From Candidatus Bathyarchaeota archaeon (lineage in GTDB: Archaea > Thermoproteota > Bathyarchaeia > TCS64), in assembly GCA_963771885.1 (NCBI GenBank), contig CAVYVF010000022.1, positions 288,001 to 352,000 on the forward strand: a DNA stretch of 64,000 nt, given 5' to 3'. A program made the translations under genes and the position numbers. Each line of letters opens with the position of its first letter. The first letter of the stretch is position 1. Shown piece by piece: positions 20,987 to 32,240 of the stretch. The notes beneath the pieces are model-generated. The model had not been told where the DNA came from. It did no database searches and worked only from the letters and a program-made list of their open reading frames with translations.

Positions 20987-22384
20987 CTAGCTCTCTCTCT
21001 TACGGTACTTCGGGTGGTACTCCTTGATATACGCCTCGCGGACCCTGATGAGGTTCTCCTCGGGCAGCATGGCGAGTAGGTCCCACGCTAGGTCGAGGGT
21101 CTGCTCGATAGTCCTGTTCTCGTAGCGGCCCTGATTTACGAATTTGTTCTCGAAGGCGTCCGCGAATTCTAGCCACCTGCGCTCACGGTCGCTGAGTCCG
21201 ACGGTTCCGACGATGCGGACGAGTCCACGTGCGCGTGTGCCCTCCGCGTAAGCCATGTAGAGCTGGTTAGAGACGTCCTGGTGGTCCTTGCGGGTCGTCT
21301 TGGCGCCGATTCCGTCCTTCATGAGCCTGCTTAGGCTAGGGAGGACGTTCATGGCCGGGTAGAGGCCCTTTAGGGAGAGCTCGCGCTGGAGGAGGAGCTG
21401 TCCCTCGGTGATATAGCCTGTGAGGTCTGGTACTGGGTGGGTGATGTCGCCAGCAGGCATCGAGAGAATAGGCATCAACGTGACCGAGCCCTTTTTCCCG
21501 GTGATGATTCCGGCGCGCTCGTAGATGGTTGCGAGGTCTGAGTAGAGGTATCCGGGGTATCCCTTCCTAGTCGGGATCTCCTCCCTGGCGATGCTGATGC
21601 TGCGCAGAGCCTCTGCGTAGTTCGTCATGTCAGTGAGGATGACCAGGACGTGTAGACCCATGTCGAAGGCGAGGTACTCGGCAACGGTTTGCGCGATGCG
21701 TGGAGTGATTATGCGCTCGATCGGAGGATCGTCCGCGAGATTGAGGACGAGCACGCTCTTGTTTAGTGCGCCAGTCTCCTCGAACTCCTTGCGGAAGAAG
21801 TCAGCCTCTTCGTTCTTGATGCCCATTGCGCCGAAGACGATGGCGAAGTCGCTCTCCTTTCCAGGAATCGTCGCCTGGCGGGCGATCTGGGCGGCTAGCA
21901 TGTTGTGATGAAGACCAGACTCGCTGAAGATGGGGAGCTTCTGACCCCTGACGAGGCTATTCATGCCGTCAATGCTGCTCATGCCGGTCTGGACGAAGTC
22001 GCTCGGGACTGCGCGCGCAGCGGGATTAATTGTTCCGCCGTTTACGTCTCGTACATCGTCGCTCATTGGTTTCGGCATGCCGTCACGCGGCTCGAAGTTA
22101 CCGCTGAAGACCCTACCGATCAGGTCGCTTGTGACGGGGATCTTCTGGGTCTCGCCGGTGAACCTGACGCCGACATTGAGGTCCATGCCTGAGGTGTTTC
22201 CGAAGCACTGAACCATTGCCCAGTCCTTGGATACCTCTAGAACACTTCCGGAGACCTCGTAGCCGGAGTCTGTTCGTATGCGAACGATCTCATTGTAGCT
22301 GATGCCCTTGACGTTCTCGACGAAGAGGATGGGGCCGCGGATCTCCTTCACGGTCTTGTAGACTAGTCCTGCTTGTTCTGCCAT
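20987..22384 (-). CDS. atpB: A/V-type ATP synthase subunit B
   Basis: [44 protein letters not shown] and SLSRLM motifs. Confidence 0.96.
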   Translation of the reverse strand: MAEQAGLVYKTVKEIRGPILFVENVKGISYNEIVRIRTDSGYEVSGSVLEVSKDWAMVQCFGNTSGMDLNVGVRFTGETQKIPVTSDLIGRVFSGNFEPRDGMPKPMSDDVRDVNGGTINPAARAVPSDFVQTGMSSIDGMNSLVRGQKLPIFSESGLHHNMLAAQIARQATIPGKESDFAIVFGAMGIKNEEADFFRKEFEETGALNKSVLVLNLADDPPIERIITPRIAQTVAEYLAFDMGLHVLVILTDMTNYAEALRSISIAREEIPTRKGYPGYLYSDLATIYERAGIITGKKGSVTLMPILSMPAGDITHPVPDLTGYITEGQLLLQRELSLKGLYPAMNVLPSLSRLMKDGIGAKTTRKDHQDVSNQLYMAYAEGTRARGLVRIVGTVGLSDRERRWLEFADAFENKFVNQGRYENRTIEQTLDLAWDLLAMLPEENLIRVREAYIKEYHPKYRKRES

Positions 22385-22385
22385 C

Positions 22386-24146
22386 TTAGCTCACCCCGTA
22401 GGTCTTGGCGAGTTCGCCGACCTGCTTAACCATCTCCTGCTTTGCGAGGTCTATCGACTCTGAGCCTTTGCGCTCCTTGAGTCTCATGATCTCGGTTACT
22501 ATTGGTAGCTCGCGAACCTTTTCGATGGGGACGCTCTGCTTGACGAGTCCATCGACCATCTTGTTGAACTCGATGATAATGCGTAGGAGCTTCGTTTGCT
22601 TCTCGGCGTCGCAGTATGTGTCAATCTCGTGGTATGCTGCCTGTACGAGGAATCCCTCGCGGAGGAGCTCGGCGACGAGCAGCACTAGGCGCTGGTCATC
22701 TGGGAGGCTCTTCTCACCGATTATGCGGGCGGTCTCCTCAATCTGGGCCGCCTCCTCGAGTATGCTCATTGCCTTAGCGCGGTTGCTGAGCCAGTCCTTG
22801 TCGTACTGACTCCACCACTCGGCGCTGATTTCGAGGTAGCGTGTGAAACTTCTCAGCCAGTTGATGGCTGGGAAGTGGCGGCGCTGTGCGAGGCTGCTGT
22901 CGAGAGCCCAGAACGTTCCAATGAAGCGTAGCGTATATGTTGTGACTGGCTCGCTAAAGTCTCCGCCTGGCGGGGAGACAGCTCCGAGCATCGTGACGCT
23001 TCCTAGTCGCTCCTGTGAGCTGTGGACAATAGCACGCCCGGCGCGTTCGTAGAGCTCTGCGATCCTGTCTGGGAGATAAGCTGGGAATCCGGCCTCTGCA
23101 GGGATCTCACCTAGGCGGCCCGAGATGTCACGCAGTGCCTCGGCCCACCTTGAGGTGGAGTCGGCCATGACGGCTACGTCGTAGCCCATGTCTCTGAAGT
23201 ACTCGCCGAGGGTTACACCCATGTAGATTGAGGCCTCGCGGGCTGAGACGGGCATGTTCGAGACGTTTGCGACGATTACGGTCCTCTCGATGAGGTTGCG
23301 CCCACTCCTCGGGTCCTTAATGTAGGGGAAATGGGCGACGACGTCGGCCATCTCGTTTCCGCGCTCACCGCAGCCGATGAGTATGATGATGTCTGCGTCG
23401 CTCCACTTGCTGATCTGCTGGAGTGTAACGGTCTTCCCGGTTCCAAATCCTCCGGGGATCGCGGCTGCGCCTCCCTTAGCACATGGGAAGAAGGTGTCGA
23501 TTACGCGCTGACCCGTGAGAAGGGGGACGCTTAGTGCGAGCCTCTGCTTTACGGGTCTGGGCCTTCTGACGGGCCATTTCTGCATGAGCTTGAGCTCCTT
23601 AACCCCCTCGGGGGTCTCCAGCTCGCCGACGACGTCCTCGACGGTGAACTCGCCCTTGTGGATGCTCTTGATGATTCCGTTCATATTCGGCGGGACCATG
23701 ATCTTGTGGACGAAACTCTTCGTCTCCTGGACGTTGCCGATGAAGTCGCCGGGGCCTACCTTGTCTCCCTTCTTAACGGTTGGGACGAACTCCCACTTCT
23801 TGTTCCTGTCGAGCGGCGGGACGCTGGTTCCCCTGCTTACGAATGGGCCGGTCCTGTTCCAGAGCTCGGTCTCACTACGCTCGACACCGTCCATGATGGC
23901 GCCCATGATGCCTGGGCCTAGCTCAGCCATGAGTGGCTCGCCGGTGTCGTTCACTGGCTCGCCGGGGCGGATGCCGTCTGTGATCTCGTAGCACTGGCAG
24001 AAGGCAGTCTGTCCGTCGAGGCGGACGATCTCGCCCATTAGTTTGAGGTTGCCTACCTCGACTAGGTCACCGATCTTCGGCGCCTCGGTGAACGTTGCCC
24101 TGATGAGTGAGCCGTTGATTCGTTCGATTGTGCCTATGATCCCCAT
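22386..24146 (-). CDS. atpA: A/V-type ATP synthase subunit A
   Basis: Walker [29 protein letters not shown] and [12 protein letters not shown] motifs. Confidence 0.96.
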   Translation of the reverse strand: MGIIGTIERINGSLIRATFTEAPKIGDLVEVGNLKLMGEIVRLDGQTAFCQCYEITDGIRPGEPVNDTGEPLMAELGPGIMGAIMDGVERSETELWNRTGPFVSRGTSVPPLDRNKKWEFVPTVKKGDKVGPGDFIGNVQETKSFVHKIMVPPNMNGIIKSIHKGEFTVEDVVGELETPEGVKELKLMQKWPVRRPRPVKQRLALSVPLLTGQRVIDTFFPCAKGGAAAIPGGFGTGKTVTLQQISKWSDADIIILIGCGERGNEMADVVAHFPYIKDPRSGRNLIERTVIVANVSNMPVSAREASIYMGVTLGEYFRDMGYDVAVMADSTSRWAEALRDISGRLGEIPAEAGFPAYLPDRIAELYERAGRAIVHSSQERLGSVTMLGAVSPPGGDFSEPVTTYTLRFIGTFWALDSSLAQRRHFPAINWLRSFTRYLEISAEWWSQYDKDWLSNRAKAMSILEEAAQIEETARIIGEKSLPDDQRLVLLVAELLREGFLVQAAYHEIDTYCDAEKQTKLLRIIIEFNKMVDGLVKQSVPIEKVRELPIVTEIMRLKERKGSESIDLAKQEMVKQVGELAKTYGVS

Positions 24147-24147
24147 T

Positions 24148-24789
24148 TTACTCGGCCTCCAGTACCTTCGTGAGCTCCACGTTAAGCTTAGTGCGAGCCT
24201 TGGCTACTCTTCCCTCGAGGGTATTGTGGTACACCTTTGTTCCCTCGGCGTTCTTTACTACGGCACCGCCGATCGCTGAGATGGGGGTGGCGTCGACCTT
24301 GAGAGTGACCTTTGCGCCGACCGCCTTCGCTATGTCGGCTTCTAGCTTCTTATGGTTCTTCATGAGGTCTGTTATGTCGGCGTCGTTAACTGAGATGACG
24401 AAATCCTCGCCCCCGATCGCTGTAACCGCCTCGGCGATGAGCTTCATGAGTATCTCGTGGTACGCCTTCTTGTCGGCTGTGAGTTCCTTGAGTTTTTTCT
24501 CGGCGTCGCTGTAGATCTGCTGAAGTGTCTCCTCACGGGCGACCATAAGCTGCTTGCGGCTGTCGAGCTCGACGCCCCCTACGATCCTGTCGCGGACTCC
24601 GCGGAGGACGCTGGCGACTATATTGAGAATTTGGCGGTCAGCCTCGGACTTGAAGCGCTGCGCCTCCTTCTCGGCGTTCTCGACGAGCGTCTTCGCCTCG
24701 GCGTCCGCCTTGGCGATCATCTCGTCGCGCTGCGCCATAGTACGCTCGATGAGCCTCGTCTCTAGGTCTAGGCTGCTTGCTTGGCTCAT
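24148..24789 (-). CDS. atpE: A/V-type ATP synthase subunit E
   Basis: N-terminal coiled coil, C-terminal IGGAVV..NTLEGR; operon position. Confidence 0.85.
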   Translation of the reverse strand: MSQASSLDLETRLIERTMAQRDEMIAKADAEAKTLVENAEKEAQRFKSEADRQILNIVASVLRGVRDRIVGGVELDSRKQLMVAREETLQQIYSDAEKKLKELTADKKAYHEILMKLIAEAVTAIGGEDFVISVNDADITDLMKNHKKLEADIAKAVGAKVTLKVDATPISAIGGAVVKNAEGTKVYHNTLEGRVAKARTKLNVELTKVLEAE

Positions 24790-25115
24790 GGAAGTACCTC
24801 CTTGATGACGAGGTCGATGCTTGTGTCCCTCTTACTCTTTGGAAGCTTCTTGATCGCCTCGATCTTCTGCTGGTACTGGGCCTTGATCTTCTCAGCCTCC
24901 TTCTTGGCACGGCTCTCCTCAGCCTTTACGAGGTCGTCGATACCGGCGCCGCGCTGTGCCTTGGACTTCTTCTCCTCGGCCTCGGCCTTCGCCTTGTTGA
25001 GTGTCTCTTCGGAGCGGCGCTTTGCGTCCGCGAGCTTCTGCTGGCTCTCCTTCTCAGCCTCCTCGAGGATGGTTTGGAGCCGTTTGCCGACGGATAGGAC
25101 CTTCTTTACTTCCAT
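24786..25115 (-). CDS. A/V-type ATP synthase peripheral-stalk subunit H/G
   Basis: 109-aa Lys/Glu/Ala-rich coiled coil starting MEVKKV; ATG lies 2 nt after the subunit F stop. Confidence 0.7.
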   Translation of the reverse strand: MEVKKVLSVGKRLQTILEEAEKESQQKLADAKRRSEETLNKAKAEAEEKKSKAQRGAGIDDLVKAEESRAKKEAEKIKAQYQQKIEAIKKLPKSKRDTSIDLVIKEVLP

Positions 25116-25117
25116 GT

Positions 25118-25436
25118 TTACAACTCCAGCTTTGTTCCGATTGCAAGCGATATGACTGCCTGTAGCTCCTGCATCCTGTCGCCCGTCTCCATAGTGAAGT
25201 CTGGCACCAACGCGAAGACGGGCGAGATGGCGCCTCTCTTTAGGACCTGCTCCCGGACTAGAGAGAGTCTCAGCTGCGAAGCGCTCGGGGAAGATTATGA
25301 GCTTGTACTTTTTCTCGTCCACGAGGCGGCTTAGGGTCGAGGCGGTCTCCTCGCCGTTTACGCAGTTGTATCCCTCGGCTCCGATCAGCTGGAAGCAGGT
25401 GATGAAGGATGAGGGCCCTATGACAGCGACGCTCAT
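25118..25436 (-). CDS. atpF: A/V-type ATP synthase subunit F, frameshifted near 25262
   Basis: SVAVIG..CFQLIG start; after one base is removed in a CT run it continues VREQVL..PVFALVPD..ISLAIGTKLEL*. Confidence 0.8.
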
Positions 25437-25461
25437 TTCCTAATTGCAGACCCTGCTTGCA

Positions 25462-25475
25462 TTAAAAAAACTTAT
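25462..25475 (-). promoter_or_regulatory. putative TATA box of the ATPase operon
   Basis: Minus strand ATAAGTTTTTTTAAT about 25 nt upstream of the atpF ATG. Confidence 0.45.
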
Positions 25476-25783
25476 GTAAAGTGGGGGTTAGGGTGGCTCT
25501 GCTTTGGGTCGCGTAGGGGTGTTTGTGGTCTCCGATGGGGTGTGACTGGTGACGTGGCATGTACGAGTGGTTTCCTGTTTCCTCCGCCGCCGCTGTGTTT
25601 TTCGTTTTTTGGGCTCTTTGGTGTTTTGGATTTGTTATCTGGGTAGGTTAGCGGCGGAGTGAGGTTGTGGTTCCGCGGTGGGTATACAGATGGGGTTCGG
25701 CGTGGTTTAGACAGGCGATGTTTACCCTGTGTGAGTGGCAAAGTACCCTCTACGGGGTGGTATGTGAAAAAGGGGTTGGGCGC

Positions 25784-27286
25784 TTAGACGCCCGCTGCGA
25801 AGAAGGGGGAGAGGTAGTCGGTTATCAGCGTCGGCCATATGCCCAGCACGATGACGAGCACCGCGAAGATGATTATGGGCCCCAGCATCATCATCGGCGC
25901 GTCCTTCACCTGTTTGAGGTGCTCTGGGAGCGGGCCGTAGAAGACCCTGCGGATGAGCCAGAAGGCGTAGCCGATCGTTAGGACCGTCATTATGATTCCG
26001 ACTATTCCCGCCCAGACTAGCTCGGGGGTCGCCAGACCGTTGTTGAAGACGCCCGCGAAGATGAAGAACTTACTCATGAAGCCCATCGTCGGCGGGACGC
26101 CACCAATGGTAAGGAAGCCTATGACGGCCATTACAGCTGTCCAAGGCATCCTGTCAGCGAGTCCTCCCATCTTCTTGATGCTCCTCGTGGCAGTTTGGCT
26201 GATGAGCACTCCCGCAACTAGGAAGAGAATAGCCTTGCCGAAGCCGTGGCTGATGTAGTGGAACATCGCGCCAACTTCGCCGTTCGGCGTTACGCTGGCG
26301 AGGCCAAGGAAGATGTAGCCCATCTGGCTGATGCTGCTGTAGGCGAGGAACCGCTTTATGTCGTCCTGCGTCAGCGCCATCATGCCGCCATAGATCATCG
26401 TGACCAGCGCCCAGAGTGTGAAGACCCAGCTGAAGGTCTGGAAGACTGGGGTCATGGGTATGATTACGAGGCGGAGCGCCGCGTAGGCGCCTATGCCTAT
26501 CATCGCGGGGCTCAGAAGAGCCGAGATCGGGGTGGGTGCCTCAGCGTGTGCAAAGGGTAGCCATGTGTGCAGGCCGAAGACGGCCATCTTCGTGAAGAAG
26601 GCGAAGAGCATCGCCATCGCTATCCAGCCGGCGTTGCTCACTCCTATCAGCCGAGTCAGGCTGCTTATTTCGAAGCTGCCCGTGATGGTGTAGGCGGCGA
26701 GTATGCCGGCGAGGAGGATGACGGCGCCGATCGTCGTCCACATAAAGTAGATCATGCCGATCTTCTCACGGTCGCCGTAGCCATAGTTGTTGATGAGCAG
26801 CCAAGAGGGGATGAGCATCAGCTCGTAGAAAACATAGAACTGGATGAGGTTCGTAGACATTACGGTACCGAGCATACCGACCGTGTAGAGCAGGTATAAT
26901 GCGAAGTAGGAGGCGTAAGCGTCGTTACCCTTCTTCTCGTGTGTCTCGTGCTCCCACTCGTGGAACCTGTGCTCCATGTAGGGCATGCTGTAGACTGTTA
27001 TGGCTAGGCAGAGTATGTTGATGGTCAGGAGGACCCAGATACTGAGTCCATCCGCCAGCAGCGTGAAGGCTAGACCTACCTGTGGAGCCCACTGGTGTAC
27101 TTCACGATAGACTCCACCGTCCTTGATGTCGAGGGCGATCGTGCCCAAGAGGGCAAGGGAGACTATGAGAGAGGCGGCGACTATCCAACCGACGTTCTTT
27201 CCCATCGTCCTTCCGGCGAAGTATGTCACAGCGACGGCTAGGAGCGGTATCGCGAGCGCGTAGATCAAGCTGTTTTCAAGTATCAT
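25784..27286 (-). CDS. complex I NuoM-like antiporter subunit
   Basis: FYELMLIP, KMAVFGLHTWLPFAHAEAP, LAYSSISQMG, SHGFGK and GF.SKF motifs. Confidence 0.88.
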   Translation of the reverse strand: MILENSLIYALAIPLLAVAVTYFAGRTMGKNVGWIVAASLIVSLALLGTIALDIKDGGVYREVHQWAPQVGLAFTLLADGLSIWVLLTINILCLAITVYSMPYMEHRFHEWEHETHEKKGNDAYASYFALYLLYTVGMLGTVMSTNLIQFYVFYELMLIPSWLLINNYGYGDREKIGMIYFMWTTIGAVILLAGILAAYTITGSFEISSLTRLIGVSNAGWIAMAMLFAFFTKMAVFGLHTWLPFAHAEAPTPISALLSPAMIGIGAYAALRLVIIPMTPVFQTFSWVFTLWALVTMIYGGMMALTQDDIKRFLAYSSISQMGYIFLGLASVTPNGEVGAMFHYISHGFGKAILFLVAGVLISQTATRSIKKMGGLADRMPWTAVMAVIGFLTIGGVPPTMGFMSKFFIFAGVFNNGLATPELVWAGIVGIIMTVLTIGYAFWLIRRVFYGPLPEHLKQVKDAPMMMLGPIIIFAVLVIVLGIWPTLITDYLSPFFAAGV

Positions 27287-27290
27287 GTCA

Positions 27291-29454
27291 TCATGCACCT
27301 CTCACGAGTACGAGGAAGAGGAGAAGCAGAAGCAGCCCCGCTATATAGAGCAGGTTCATGCTCAGATAGCCGGTCTGTACCTTCTTCACCTGATTCCAGA
27401 GACCTGTGAAGCCTCGTGGAGCTGAGTCGTTGATGCCGAGCATAGCGGCCTCGAAGGTGTTGTTGATGCCCCTGCATAAAGCGAGGAGACCGTTTACGCC
27501 AACGGCATAGTAGAGGTCGTTAATGTACCACCTGTTCCAGAGGAAGCTGTGTATCGGCGCGAGTATCTTGCTGTGGCTGACTATCTGCCAGGCATTGTAC
27601 CTCTTGGCCATGTAGAGGAGGTAGGCTACGATACCACCGACGAGTATAATTGCGCCACTTGAGCCAATAGCAGTCAACTTCGTGGCGTCCGCCACATGCG
27701 ACTCGGCGAACTCTACTCCGGCAGCCGCGAATATCTCGGGGACATTCAGCCCCTCGACTACCCTAGCCATCTGGTGCTCGATGAACACTTCGGGGCTGTA
27801 GCTGGGTACGAAGAACCCGACTAGCCCGAGGGCGCTCACGCCGAGCATGATAACTACCAGCACCGCTATGGGTCCCCACATGATGGTGGGACTCTCGTGA
27901 ATATGGTGGCCCTCGTGCTCGAGCTCGTGGATGAAGTGGCTCTTCTCACCATAGAAGACCATGTAGATGTAGCGCGCACTGTAGATGAGTGTCATCAGCG
28001 CCGTGACGACGGCGACGACGTATAGCACGTTGGTCAGAGTGAGCCCGGCGTTGAGGCTCGCTACGAAGACGGCGTCCTTGCTCCAGAAGCCGCTGAACGG
28101 CGGGATACCCGCCAGGCTCAGCGTCGCGAGGAGCATGAGTATCTTCGTGAAAGGCATCTCTTTCCCAAGTCCACCCATTTGATCCATGTAGATCGTTTCG
28201 ACGGCGTGGATGACGCTGCCTGCGCCGAGGAAGAGCGCCGCCTTGAACAGTGCGTGGCTGACTAGGTGGAAGACGCCTGAGGTGAGCCCCGGTAGGAGGT
28301 TGCCCTCCCCTGAGTCCGGAGACACCGAGTCCGAGCATCATGAATCCGATCTGGCTTACAGTCGAGTAGGCGAGGACCTTCTTCAGCTCTAGCGCCACCA
28401 TCGCCTGGCTCGCGGCGAGGAACGCCGTGAAGGCGCCGACGATGGCGATTGCCACGAAGTAGGTCTGTGCCTCGGCGAGGTGCTCGGCAAACGTGCCGAT
28501 GTAGAAGGCGGGTGCCATCCTCGCGACGAGGTAGACGCCTGCCTTGACCATCGTCGCGGCGTGGATGAGCGCGCTGACGGCCGTCGGGCCCGCCATCGCC
28601 TCGGGGAGCCACTCGTGGAGCGGGAACTGTGCGCTCTTGCCTATTGGTCCTCCGAGGAAGAGCAGGGCGGTTACGCTGAGGAGCCCGGGTACGGCGGAGA
28701 TCGCCGCCATCCACTCAGGCGCCCTCTCGATAAGCTCAATGAAGTTCAGTGTCCCGGCGTAGTTGTAGATGACGAAGATCGCGCCGAGGAGGAAGACGTC
28801 GCCGATGCCCGTGACCACGAAGGCTTTCATGCCCGCGTGGCTGGGGGGAAACATCTTGGTCGGCGGGGGTCCGCCGAGCCATCTCTCCTTGTTGTCGCGG
28901 TAGTAGTAGCCGATCAGTCCGTAGCTACAGAGTCCGACGCCTTCCCACCCGATCAGCATCTGGATCAGGTTGTCGGAGAGGACGAGGAGTAGCATGCTGC
29001 CGATGAAGAAGAGGAAGAAGAACCAGTAGCGGGTGAGGTGCTCGTCGCCGTGCATGTAGCCGACGCTGTAGACGACGATAAGGAAAGCGATGAAGGCGAC
29101 AACGTTAGCTATCATGATGCTGAGGGGGTCAATTAGGACGCCCAGCATGAGCGGGTTGCCGTTGGGGTATGTGATCCATGTGGCAACCTGTATGTCGAGT
29201 GTCGCGTGTTCTGCCCAGAGTCCAGGCAGGAGCGAGGCCGCCGCGACAACGGCGCCTAATGCGAATAGGACCGCCGCGTAGTCGCGAACCTTGTGGCCCG
29301 CCTTTGCGATAAGCGGCATGAGTAATGCGCCTGCCATTGGGATAAGGAAGCATAGCCACGGCCACGGGTTGGTCATGAACGCCTCCCACCCGGTGACCTG
29401 GGCGGAGATCAGTTGAGGTGTCTCCTCCGCTAGTATATTCAGTAGATTGATCAT
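27291..29454 (-). CDS. complex I NuoL-like antiporter subunit, frameshifted near 28310
   Basis: WEGVGLCSY, GKSAQFPLHEWLPEAMAGPT, HAATMV, SHALFKA and GFWSKD motifs, plus a C-terminal lateral helix and TM. Confidence 0.9.
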
Positions 29455-30929
29455 GGAATTATCACCTTTACGTAGCTAGTGAGGTTGAGAAGCGCCTTCG
29501 CCGCCTCTGTCGCGTAAGCGATCATCGGTGCGGGCCACACACCGAAGAGTATGATGAGTGTGGCCATTGCGACGGTGACGCCGAGCATGAAAGGCGGAGC
29601 CTCCTTCGAAGCCTTCAATGACTCCTTGGGCTGGCCCACGGTCGCCTTCATGACGCGCAGGTAGTAGACCATGCTAAGGGCGCTGTTCAGCACCGCGACG
29701 ACTGTAAGCCACCAGAAGCCCGGCTCAATGGCGGAGCCGAAGAGCAGGTACTTGCTGATGAACCCAGCCGTACCGGGCACGCCGCCTAGGCCGAGCATCG
29801 CGATGAACATCGTCAGCGTCGTTATCGGCATCACCTTGCTGATGCCGCGGAGCTTCTCGATGTCCCGGCTCCCCGTTTCCTCGATCATCGAGCCGGCGGA
29901 GAGGAAAGCTAGGCCCTTCATCAGGCTGTGGTTGAAGACGTGGAGGAAGAGGCCGGTGAGGCCCATGATGCTCCCGCTCGCGACGCCTATTAGCATGTAG
30001 CCGACCTGGGCGATGCTCGAGTATGCGAGCATCCTCTTGACATCGGTCTGCAGCACGGCGACCACGTTTGCGAAGGTCATGGTTATCACGGCGAGCGCAG
30101 CGACCATTAGGCTGAAGTCAGCGATGGGGAAGGTGATATAGAGTATCCTCGTGAGTCCGTAGAGTGCGGTCTCGATGAGGATGCCCGATAGCATTGCGCT
30201 GATTGGGCTCGGCGCCTCGGGGTGTGCGTCGGGGAGCCAGGTGTGCAGCGGTACAATCGCTGACTTGATACCGAAACCTACCACGAAAATGACCATGGCG
30301 ACCATCATCCAGAGGCCTGCCCCACCTATGTGGAGGGAGCTGCTGATCTGGGCGAAGTTCACCGTCCCCGCCATGCCGTAGATGAGGGCGATGCCGAGGA
30401 GGAGCATGGTTGAGCCGACGGCTCCCATAACCATGTACTTGAAGCCGGCCTCGACGGGGCCCCAGTTGTCCTTCCTGAAGGCGACGAGCACGTAGCTCGT
30501 GATGCCCATCAGCTCCCAGAAGACGAAGAATGTGAAGAAGTCGCCCGCGAAGGCGACACCGATGATGCCGACTACGAGCGCTGAGAGCAGAGTGTAATAC
30601 TCCGTCAAACGCGTGTCGTGACGCATGTAATTGTAGCTGTAGATGGTGGCGAAGACGCCCAGTAGTGCGGCGCTGAACGCCATGTAGATGCTGAGCATGT
30701 CGATCTCGAAGCAGGCACCGAGCGGCGGAGCGCCACCTAGTGTAACGACGAGTATCCCCGTAGTGCTCGACTGAACCATCGTGTAGAGCTGCCAGACGCC
30801 CGCAAGGGTGCCGAGGCTCGCAATCATCGCGACGCCCTCGCGCAGATTCGCTATCTTCATGCGGTCTGCCAGGAGCCCGAAGAGCACGACGGCGAAGGGG
30901 GCGAACAGGAAGATGAGTTCTATGCCCAT
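29451..30929 (-). CDS. complex I NuoN/MrpD-like antiporter subunit
   Basis: WELMGITSY, EAGFKY, KSAIVPLHTWLPDAH, AYSSIAQVGY and GFISKY motifs. Confidence 0.88.
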   Translation of the reverse strand: MGIELIFLFAPFAVVLFGLLADRMKIANLREGVAMIASLGTLAGVWQLYTMVQSSTTGILVVTLGGAPPLGACFEIDMLSIYMAFSAALLGVFATIYSYNYMRHDTRLTEYYTLLSALVVGIIGVAFAGDFFTFFVFWELMGITSYVLVAFRKDNWGPVEAGFKYMVMGAVGSTMLLLGIALIYGMAGTVNFAQISSSLHIGGAGLWMMVAMVIFVVGFGIKSAIVPLHTWLPDAHPEAPSPISAMLSGILIETALYGLTRILYITFPIADFSLMVAALAVITMTFANVVAVLQTDVKRMLAYSSIAQVGYMLIGVASGSIMGLTGLFLHVFNHSLMKGLAFLSAGSMIEETGSRDIEKLRGISKVMPITTLTMFIAMLGLGGVPGTAGFISKYLLFGSAIEPGFWWLTVVAVLNSALSMVYYLRVMKATVGQPKESLKASKEAPPFMLGVTVAMATLIILFGVWPAPMIAYATEAAKALLNLTSYVKVIIP

Positions 30930-31243
30930 CACCACTTCAGCCTCCTCATCTCATCGACCTCAGTCGTCTTGAACTGCTTGTAGGCATTGACGATCAGTGC
31001 CAGGCCGACGGCGATCGTGCTGCCGCCGAGAATTATTGACATGAAGGCTAGGCTCTGGCCAAGTGGATCAACGAAGCCCGCCGCTATCCTGTAGGATGCG
31101 AAGTAGACGAGTGCGAGATTGCCCGCGTTGAGAATGAGCTCGACGCCGAGGAGTATGCGTATCATACTCTTCTGCGCTACACAGTAGAGGCCGATGCACA
31201 TCAGCGCGAAGATTGCGCCGATGAAGACGACGTCGTTCGCCAT
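30929..31243 (-). CDS. NuoK/MrpC-like small membrane subunit
   Basis: Three TM helices; ILLGVELILNAGNL; ends RRLKW. Confidence 0.82.
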   Translation of the reverse strand: MANDVVFIGAIFALMCIGLYCVAQKSMIRILLGVELILNAGNLALVYFASYRIAAGFVDPLGQSLAFMSIILGGSTIAVGLALIVNAYKQFKTTEVDEMRRLKW

Positions 31244-31518
31244 CAGCGTTTCTCCTCCCGAAGGAGCGCCAGGCAACTGATCGCCGTGGCGAATAGTATG
31301 AGTGTCTGCATAATCATATCGAGACCCCTGAAGTTCCAGAGGAAGTTGCTCATCCCGCCTCCGAGCGCGCCCGCGTCCTGCGTCGAGAGCAGCTCCCTGC
31401 TCAGATACGAGGCGTGGGGGAAGGGCTCGGTCGAGACGACGTAGAGGAGGCTGAGGAAGAGCAGCGCCATGACTATGAGGCTGGCGGCTTTTACACCGCT
31501 TCCACCGTTCTCACTCAT
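31243..31518 (-). CDS. MbhE/MrpB-like small membrane subunit (second half of split NuoJ)
   Basis: NFRGLDM resembles the xxRgxDT motif of MbhE/MrpB; two TM helices. Confidence 0.6.
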   Translation of the reverse strand: MSENGGSGVKAASLIVMALLFLSLLYVVSTEPFPHASYLSRELLSTQDAGALGGGMSNFLWNFRGLDMIMQTLILFATAISCLALLREEKR

Positions 31519-31760
31519 TGACCCTCACTCCTGACGAACATTATGACCGCGACGAATAGGACGACTACAGCTCCCCCGTAGATGAGCATCTGGAATAGGC
31601 CAACATATGGGGCGTAGAGCGTCCAATATAGGGCGCCGAGGCATAGGCACATCGCGCCGAGGCTCAGAGCCGCGTAGAGCAGGTTCTTCAACCCAGCGGC
31701 GCCGAGGGCGAACGCGATGGTCGCTGCCAGTATACCGAACTGTACTAGCTCGGATGCCAT
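31515..31760 (-). CDS. NuoJ N-terminal / MbhD-like subunit
   Basis: APYVGLFQMLIYGGAVVVLF NuoJ signature; only three TM helices. Confidence 0.75.
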   Translation of the reverse strand: MASELVQFGILAATIAFALGAAGLKNLLYAALSLGAMCLCLGALYWTLYAPYVGLFQMLIYGGAVVVLFVAVIMFVRSEGQ

Positions 31761-32232
31761 CAGTGCTTCGCCTCCTTGTGAGCCGCCGGCTTTTTAGCCA
31801 GGGCTGCCTGCTCCGCTGGCTTCTCAGCCGGAGCAGGTGCTGCGCGGGCGCCGGTGCCGCTGGACTTCACGGCGGGCGTCGGTGGCGCGCGTCGGCGTCC
31901 TCTTGAAGTCGAGATATCTCGTCCGCCTTGTTGATGACGGCGAGCTCGTATGCCGTGGTGAGCCATATCGCCCCAGTAGGGCAGCTCTCCTCGCACTGCT
32001 GGCAGAAGAGGCAGGCGCCCAGGTTGACCTTGAGGCCCTCGCATTTGGGGCCGAGACCCTTAAGCTCGATGGCGAAGCTGGGGCAGACGCGACTGCACAT
32101 GCCGCACCCCGTGCACTTCGCCTCGTCGTACTCGTGTCTTCCGCGGCTGCCCTTCGGCATCTCCCTCTTCTCGAAGGGGTACGCCAACGTGCAGGGCTTG
32201 CTAACCGCGTTCTTTAACAACTCTCTCTCCAT
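31760..32232 (-). CDS. NuoI-like 2x[4Fe-4S] subunit with Pro/Ala-rich tail, frameshifted near 31890-31915
   Basis: TLAYPFE, CTGCGMCSRVCP and CLFCQQCEESCP motifs. The tail in the other frame ends exactly at the next ATG (TGATG). Confidence 0.85.
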
Positions 32233-32240
32233 AGCCAAAT

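Noticed and set aside
24786..25436. 216-aa ATPase F-H fusion ORF from the ORF track
   Set aside because: It is an artefact of a frameshift. The true F C-terminus lies in another frame, with its own TAA just before the H/G ATG.
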